Shown here one piece after another: positions 57,989 through 64,000 of a stretch of 64,000 nt of DNA (the stretch's first letter is position 1; every line of letters begins with the position of its first letter). The notes under the pieces are model-generated. The model worked only from the letters and a program-made list of their open reading frames with translations. It had not been told where the DNA came from and made no database searches. This DNA comes from Oribacterium sinus. GTDB taxonomy: Bacteria; Bacillota; Clostridia; Lachnospirales; Lachnospiraceae. A program made the position numbers and the translations under genes. The stretch is taken from contig NZ_CAUVME010000009.1 in assembly GCF_963553175.1 (NCBI RefSeq), forward strand, positions 9,310 to 73,309. The letters are read 5' to 3'.

Positions 57989-59290
57989 TTATAAAAATAT
58001 CGCCATATAGAGGGGCATAGATAGAACGCCTCCTTCTTCGCCAATGTTTCCGTCATGAAATTTATAAGCTCTGGAAACATGCTTCTGATTTATCAGCCAG
58101 TTTAAAGAATTTGCTCTACTCTGTCCGCTTTTGACCTCGATAGCCCAAATTTCTCCCTCTTTTTGTGTTAAAAAGTCAATTTCTTTTTTACTACTTTCGT
58201 TTTTGTAAAAATAAAGGGGGAGTTCTTTTTTGATGAGCATATCCGCTATTAGGCATTCATATAAGCCTCCTTTTGTATTGGCCAGGAGGGTATTTTCGAT
58301 AATATGCTGTTTCAAACCGAAATCTTTCATGGCAATCAGTAAAGATAAATCTGTAGTGTAGGCTCTAAAAAAATCCTCTCTGGCATAGTCGGAGAGATCG
58401 TACTGCACGTCTGTCACTAATTTAGAAAGGGAGACCATATCTGCCGAAAAGAGCCAGTCGATGCTGGAATAAAATTTCTGTGCCCTTCCTCCTTTTTCCA
58501 CTTCCTTGTATTGAAATTTATGATTTTCTTTGTCCAGAAGCTGCTTTCCTAAAGATAAAAAGCATTTTTCCGCTTTGACTTTTTCATCAGACCGAGCGTA
58601 GTGGGCAATATCATAACGATAGCCCATCAAAAGCTCTTTTTGTATTTGATCTGCGATTCGAAAATCCTGATGTTCCATAAAGTTTGCCAAGACTTCGGGC
58701 ATTCCTCCCAGAGCGAGATATTCTCGTAAATAGGACATCATGGTATTATGAATAGCTTCGGCTACCGGTGTCTTCCTTATAAAGAGAGTTTTTAAATCAG
58801 AAATCAGATCTTCCTGAATACCCTTTGCCCATAAAAACTCTTCAAAGTCTAAGCCGAACATTCGCAAATACTCTACATATCCTACCGGATAGGAAGAGGC
58901 TCTTTGGTAATCTATGCCAAGGAGGGAACCGGAGGCGATAATATCGAACTGCCCATCCAAGGTCCAGAATTTTAAAGAAGTGATAGCTTCCGGACACTCC
59001 TGAATTTCGTCTAAGAAAATGAGGATTTCTCCCGGGATAAATTGTAAGTTGGGATAGCGAAAGCGCATGGCGGTAATCATGGAAGCAACAGTTAAATCTC
59101 CGGTGAAAATAGAGCGATCGGAGTTGCTTTCTTTGAAATTAATATACAGCATCTCTTTATATGCGGATTTCCCAAATGCTTGAACGGCATAGGTCTTTCC
59201 CACCTGTCTTGCCCCAAGAACCAATAAAGATTTTTTCTTTTCCTGTTTTTTCCAATTCCACAATTGACTCATCACTTTTCTCTTTAACAT
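57989..59290 (-). CDS. AAA-family ATPase with C-terminal DUF4143 / PD-(D/E)XK-like domain
   Basis: GARQVGKT, IFLDEIQ, GGMPE, EIDF...AIEVKSG; GAGGAG RBS before ATG 59290. Confidence 0.88.
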   Translation of the reverse strand: MLKRKVMSQLWNWKKQEKKKSLLVLGARQVGKTYAVQAFGKSAYKEMLYINFKESNSDRSIFTGDLTVASMITAMRFRYPNLQFIPGEILIFLDEIQECPEAITSLKFWTLDGQFDIIASGSLLGIDYQRASSYPVGYVEYLRMFGLDFEEFLWAKGIQEDLISDLKTLFIRKTPVAEAIHNTMMSYLREYLALGGMPEVLANFMEHQDFRIADQIQKELLMGYRYDIAHYARSDEKVKAEKCFLSLGKQLLDKENHKFQYKEVEKGGRAQKFYSSIDWLFSADMVSLSKLVTDVQYDLSDYAREDFFRAYTTDLSLLIAMKDFGLKQHIIENTLLANTKGGLYECLIADMLIKKELPLYFYKNESSKKEIDFLTQKEGEIWAIEVKSGQSRANSLNWLINQKHVSRAYKFHDGNIGEEGGVLSMPLYMAIFL

Positions 59291-59416
59291 TCTTTGCTCC
59301 TCTTTTGCAAATATAGCCACATTTTGGAATGAAATTTCGTGAGGGAAATCTATGGCTGTTCTATAAAAAGCTTGAAATCTTCCCCAAATATTGTCGGATA
59401 GATATACTTTTATTCT

Positions 59417-59523
59417 AAAATGTTGATAGATGGATATTTTTACTTTCTAAAATGTTGATGGATGGACATTTTATCTTTCCGAAATGTTGATATATGGATA
59501 TTTTAGCCTTCCAAAATGTTGAT
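59417..59523. repeat. 32-bp tandem repeat (3 units plus a partial fourth)
   Basis: (A/G)AAATGTTGAT at 59417, 59449, 59481 and 59513. Confidence 0.85.
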
Positions 59524-59794
59524 GTCAAATCAAAAATAGGACTTTGGGGCGACTTTAGGGCGATTTTATGGACGAAGCTTTCGATTAAGGGGGAGATTAA
59601 CTATACAAGGACACCCAATCCGCAACAAATCAGCTTAGGAAGATAAGCTTGTGGAAGCAAGGGGAGCAAGCTACAATAAAGCCTAGAAGTACAAATTATA
59701 GCAGTATAGTAATCAATCACTTTGCTTCGCAAAGCAGTTTATTTCAACAGTATTGCATTTCAACAGTAATGCATCTCAATAAGAAAGGATAAGC

Positions 59795-61060
59795 ATGGAT
59801 ATCTTTAGCTACCAGGCAGAGAAAAATAAAGAGAAAATGGCGCCCCTAGCCGCCAGAATGCGGCCAAGAAGCTTGGAGGAAGTGGTGGGGCAGGAGCATA
59901 TTTTAGGAAAGGATAAGCTTTTATCCCGTCTGATTCGCTCAGATCAGCTGCATTCTCTTCTTTTTTTCGGACCTCCCGGAACGGGAAAGACTTCTTTGGC
60001 GAAGGTGATTGCCAACAGCAGCAAGGCGGATTTTATTTCCATCAACGCCACCACCGCCGGAAAGAAGGATATGGAAGATGCGGTGGCAAGAGCCAAGGAA
60101 AATATGGGGGGCTACGGCAGGAAAACCATTTTGTTCGTAGACGAGATTCATCGCTTTAATAAGGCCCAGCAGGATTATCTTCTGCCCCATGTGGAGGAGG
60201 GTACCATCATTTTGATCGGGGCAACTACGGAGAACCCCTACTTTGAGGTGAATACCGCCCTGCTTTCCCGTTCCCAACTTTTTGAATTACATTCCCTTAA
60301 GAAGGAAGATATTGTAAAGCTATTGCAAACGGCGGCGCAGGATAAGACTCGGGGAATGGGAAACTATAATGCGGTGCTGGAGGAAGAGGCTTGTACCTTT
60401 TTGGCAGAGCATGCCTTCGGAGATGCCAGAGTGGCCTTAAATGCTTTAGAGCTTGCGATTCTTAGTACCAATCCTTCTGCGACCGGGGAAATCCGCATCA
60501 CCAAGGAGGTGGTGGCGGAGTGTATGCAGGAGAAGCTTCTTCGCTATGACGGGGAGTCGGAGCATTATGACACCATTTCCGCCTTTATCAAATCCATGCG
60601 AGGCTCGGATCCTCAGGCGGCGATATATTATCTTTCTAAAATGTTGCAATCCGGAGAGGATATTCGTTTTATTGCCAGACGAATCATGATTTGCGCATCG
60701 GAGGATGTGGGAAATGCGGATCCTCAGGCCTTGGTTTTGGCTACCAGCGCCAGCCTTGCGGTGGAGAGAATCGGCATGCCGGAGGCCCAAATCATTTTAT
60801 CCCAAGCCTGTACCTATGTGGCTTCTGCCAAAAAGTCCAATGCCTGTGTAAAGGCCATTATGTCCGCAAACGAAGTGGTTCGGGAAAAAGGGAATTTGCC
60901 TATTCCTTCTTATTTAAGGGATGCCCACTACGCAGGGCATGAGCAGCTGGGACGGGGCATAGGTTATAAATATCCCCACGACTATCCGGGACATTATGTG
61001 GAACAACAGTATTTGCCTACAGAGATTAAGGATATGATTTTCTACGAGATGGAAGAATAG
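59795..61060 (+). CDS. rarA: Replication-associated recombination protein A (RarA/MgsA)
   Basis: APLAARMRP, GPPGTGKT, DEIHRFNKAQQD, HYDTISAFIKS, GYKYPHD. Confidence 0.96.
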   Translation: MDIFSYQAEKNKEKMAPLAARMRPRSLEEVVGQEHILGKDKLLSRLIRSDQLHSLLFFGPPGTGKTSLAKVIANSSKADFISINATTAGKKDMEDAVARAKENMGGYGRKTILFVDEIHRFNKAQQDYLLPHVEEGTIILIGATTENPYFEVNTALLSRSQLFELHSLKKEDIVKLLQTAAQDKTRGMGNYNAVLEEEACTFLAEHAFGDARVALNALELAILSTNPSATGEIRITKEVVAECMQEKLLRYDGESEHYDTISAFIKSMRGSDPQAAIYYLSKMLQSGEDIRFIARRIMICASEDVGNADPQALVLATSASLAVERIGMPEAQIILSQACTYVASAKKSNACVKAIMSANEVVREKGNLPIPSYLRDAHYAGHEQLGRGIGYKYPHDYPGHYVEQQYLPTEIKDMIFYEMEE

Positions 61061-61425
61061 TCTTACATATAAGGAAGAAATCCGCATAAAGAAGAAATCT
61101 GCATAAGGAGTGAATCCGGAACAGATCTTCCTCCGTTAAGGAGAAGCGGATAGCCCTGCACGTCAGGAAGAGAATTGCACGGTTTCTAAAACCATTGTCA
61201 CCAAAGAGGGTAGCTCTGCACGTCAGGAAGAGATAAGCTTTAGAAAAAATCATGAAAAAGATGTGGAATTCCCTGCATTTTCTTCGTATTCTTTAAGAAA
61301 TAAGACAGAAAAAGGCAATACTATATTCCCATCTATCTGTTAGTATGAAAATGTTCCTTGAATCGGAACAGTAGACATTTCTGCATTTGACCGTAAAGAA
61401 GCGGAAATACAGTAGGAGGACAACT

Positions 61426-62280
61426 ATGAAAAAAGCGATTTTGATTACCATGGCAGGACTTATGATTTTTGCAGCAGGCTGTGGAAAGAAGGCAAGCCAG
61501 GAATCAAAGGCGGCAGCAGAGGAGCCCAGCTCTGAAGCATTATCGGAGAATAGTCTTAGTGCCAAGATACAGAAGATTGAAGAAGGAAAGTTAACGGTAG
61601 AAACCGGAGAAGGAAAGGTTTACACCTTTGACAGCAAGGGCGCGAAACTGGATTCTACTTGGGATCTGATGGCAGGAGACGAGGTGGAGATCGGCTATGA
61701 GGGCACAGAGCCTCAGGACGGCATGACGATTAAAACGGTAAGCGTATCCGTTCCTTACGAGTTTACCACAGAGGACTTCAATGACGAGTCCAATCTCTAC
61801 GGTGAAATCACCGCAGTGGACGACAAGAGCATTACCGTAAAGGAAATTCCCGACTTCCGTGAGGCGGCTACCCAGGGAGAGGATACAGAAGGCAAGAAGT
61901 ACGGCGACACCTTCGTTTTCCAAAGACCGGCATTTGAGCTGGATCTTACAAAGGAAGGCTTGGGCGTTGGTAAGGAAATCAGCATTTATTATCTGGGAGA
62001 TGTGAAGAACAATCCGTTGGCTTTCTATACTATTACCGAGGATGCGCTGGAAGAGGAAGAGGCCAACAACCTTCAGATTAAGGGAACCATCGAGAAGGTA
62101 GACGGGGACATCGTTACCTTAAAGTGCGATGACAGCCACAGCTTCCGTTTCACCACAGACGGTAATGCGGAGGTGAACAAGGCCGCTACGGAAAATGTTG
62201 GAAAGACCGTTGTGGTAACCTACAGCACCTCTCTTCGCGCCAGAGTTTCTGTAGCAGAGGGGATCAAGGCGGCAGAGTAA
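61426..62280 (+). CDS. Hypothetical lipoprotein with repeated beta-rich (OB-like) modules
   Basis: AGGAGG RBS, lipobox AAGC; three modules beginning AKIQKIE / GEITAVD / GTIEKVD. Confidence 0.75.
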   Translation: MKKAILITMAGLMIFAAGCGKKASQESKAAAEEPSSEALSENSLSAKIQKIEEGKLTVETGEGKVYTFDSKGAKLDSTWDLMAGDEVEIGYEGTEPQDGMTIKTVSVSVPYEFTTEDFNDESNLYGEITAVDDKSITVKEIPDFREAATQGEDTEGKKYGDTFVFQRPAFELDLTKEGLGVGKEISIYYLGDVKNNPLAFYTITEDALEEEEANNLQIKGTIEKVDGDIVTLKCDDSHSFRFTTDGNAEVNKAATENVGKTVVVTYSTSLRARVSVAEGIKAAE

Positions 62281-62371
62281 GGATTGGGGATTTGCTGAAA
62301 GGGTTTTATGAAAATGCTTAAAGCCCGGTCGCAAAAAAGATTGAAAAACAAAATTTAAACATGAAAATGAA

Positions 62372-62413
62372 AAAGGCAGCCGGAGGGAAGCAGAATTCTC
62401 TCCGGCTGCTTTT
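62372..62413. terminator. Bidirectional terminator
   Basis: AAAGGCAGCCGGAG...CTCCGGCTGCTTT. Confidence 0.7.
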
Positions 62414-62419
62414 GCGTAG

Positions 62420-62863
62420 TTAAGCCTCACTATCATACATAATGGTAAATGGACCATCATTGATTAAAGCAACCTGCATATCCGCACCGAACTGCCCATG
62501 GGCAAGAGGCATTCCCTGCTCTTCCGCCTTTTTACAAAAATACTCATATAAGGCATTGGCATGGTCAGGTGCTCCCGCATTGATAAAGCTGGGACGGTTT
62601 CCCCGACGAGTATCCGCATAGAGGGTAAACTGGCTCACCACCAAAAGAGAGCCGGAAACGTCCCGAATGGAAAGATTGGTTTTTTCATTTTCATCCTCAA
62701 AAAGACGGGCATCCAAAACCTTTTTCAACATCTTATCCGCCACTTCTTCCGTATCGGTCTGGCTTACCCCAAGAAGAATCAAGTAGCCCTTCTCAATGGC
62801 TCCGATAACATTTCCCGAAACGGAAACGCTGGCTTCTTTCACTCTTTGTACTAAACAACGCAT
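62420..62863 (-). CDS. dtd: D-aminoacyl-tRNA deacylase
   Basis: [26 protein letters not shown]. Confidence 0.96.
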   Translation of the reverse strand: MRCLVQRVKEASVSVSGNVIGAIEKGYLILLGVSQTDTEEVADKMLKKVLDARLFEDENEKTNLSIRDVSGSLLVVSQFTLYADTRRGNRPSFINAGAPDHANALYEYFCKKAEEQGMPLAHGQFGADMQVALINDGPFTIMYDSEA

Positions 62864-62882
62864 AAAACCTCCTTAGGCTATC

Positions 62883-63059
62883 TTAACGAAATTGCTTTTG
62901 ACTTTCTTGATATTCAAAGCCCGCCGCCTCTAACTTTTGGCAAAGCTCTTCTTTATTCAACTGTAAATCCAAGCACAAATCTTCCAAACTATTGTATTCA
63001 TCCCTTAATTTCAGATTGATGAAACTAAGCAAGATAAAAGGATCCTTGGGGATATCCAT
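62883..63059 (-). CDS. DUF4250-like small protein
   Basis: Not in the ORF track. Manual translation MDIPKDPFILLSFINLKLRDEYNSLEDLC...QKQFR (58 aa); AAGGAG RBS. Confidence 0.85.
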   Translation of the reverse strand: MDIPKDPFILLSFINLKLRDEYNSLEDLCLDLQLNKEELCQKLEAAGFEYQESQKQFR

Positions 63060-63354
63060 GACTGCTCCTTTCTTTTGAGAGGGAAAATACTTCCCTGATA
63101 AATGAAGACTATCATAGCATAAAAGGGAGGGAAGGGGAGCTAGGATTTTAAGGAAGGATTAGTTTATCAGATATATTTCATTGGAATATAAGTTCCAGCA
63201 TATCGTGATATTTATACACATATAATTATAATTTTGACACTAAAAGATATATTATTTAATGATAAATAGACTATGTTGAATATTCTTGATAGAATAGAAG
63301 CAATTTAAACAGGGGAGAAGAAAATAGCATATTAAAAGATAATAGGGAGGACTT

Positions 63355-64000
63355 ATGACAGATAGGGTAGAGCTAAGTATAGTGCTTGAGAGTAAAGAAA
63401 AGGGAACTCAATCTAGTGAGTTTAATAATCAGAGTAAAGAGACTAAGCAAGATGAACAGGATAAGGAGCAAGAGAAACAAAAAAATAGATTTTTTCAAAT
63501 ACTAGAAAAGAATCATGATCATTTAGAAGCAATGGGGGCATTAGTTACGATCATAAGTTTTTGTTTCACAGTTTTTGCCTTGGGGATGCAGTTTTCTAGA
63601 AGTGTACAAGCTTCAATCTTTTATGGTATAGAGGAGAATTATTTTTTTCAGGAATCCGTAGTAAGCATATTGTTTCATTCAGCAATGAATATATTGCTAA
63701 TCCTAGGAGGAATATTTTTTCCTATTGTTTCACATTATATAAATAGATGGTACAAAGATTTCGCGAAAGTGGATTCTAAAGAGAAGGGATTACAGGTTTT
63801 ACATAATTACTTTTTTCCGTTAATTATCTTTTTTTTCTTGTTTCTGATTTATCTTGTACTAGTACCTATATGTCTCAGCCCATCTGTAAAAAATCTTCTA
63901 GTTTCTAAAAACGAAGTGTTGAATGAGATATTATGGATAGTATCGATTGTATTATCTTATGTATTCATTGTGGGCTATTTTTGTACTTCGGCATCTGATG
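63355..64000 (+). CDS. AT-rich multi-TM hypothetical protein, truncated by the window end
   Basis: GGGAGG RBS, ATG 63355; frame open to the end of the window (MTDRVELSIVLESKEK...), several TMs. Confidence 0.7.
   Translation, partial: MTDRVELSIVLESKEKGTQSSEFNNQSKETKQDEQDKEQEKQKNRFFQILEKNHDHLEAMGALVTIISFCFTVFALGMQFSRSVQASIFYGIEENYFFQESVVSILFHSAMNILLILGGIFFPIVSHYINRWYKDFAKVDSKEKGLQVLHNYFFPLIIFFFLFLIYLVLVPICLSPSVKNLLVSKNEVLNEILWIVSIVLSYVFIVGYFCTSASD

Noticed and set aside
59417..59523. Possible CRISPR array
   Set aside because: Units are contiguous with no unique spacers.
61151..61233. Two 23-bp direct repeats (TAGCYCTGCACGTCAGGAAGAGA) separated by 37 bp, CRISPR-like spacing
   Set aside because: Only two copies, no leader or cas genes; more likely a decayed 60-bp duplication.

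Overview
Origin-proximal chromosomal region of a low-GC Firmicute. Gene content and style suggest Lachnospiraceae, possibly Oribacterium-like (inference). The window opens in the DnaA-box cluster upstream of rpmH and runs through rpmH-rnpA-yidD-yidC-jag-mnmE-mnmG-rsmG-(DMT)-parA-parB with two perfect parS sites. It continues with rsmA, a RelE-type TA pair, mreB-like/recD2/comF, malQ, yggS, an LTA synthase, lepB, an M18 peptidase, a lipoprotein-anchored trigger-factor homologue, a polar amino-acid ABC transporter, further transporters, rarA, dtd and a truncated AT-rich membrane-protein gene. I found no rRNA, tRNA, CRISPR array, integrase or transposase. Main observations: (1) a dispersed family of six 140-320 bp palindromic elements with an invariant asymmetric core, interchangeable covarying arms and one copy nested inside another; (2) a YjjI/YjjW glycyl-radical pair inserted inside a BMP-type nucleoside ABC operon; (3) an orphan promoter-to-terminator small RNA candidate; (4) a trigger-factor-like lipoprotein; (5) a distal inverted DnaA-box pair and several tandem repeats. 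All product calls come from recognising protein motifs by eye, not from database searches.
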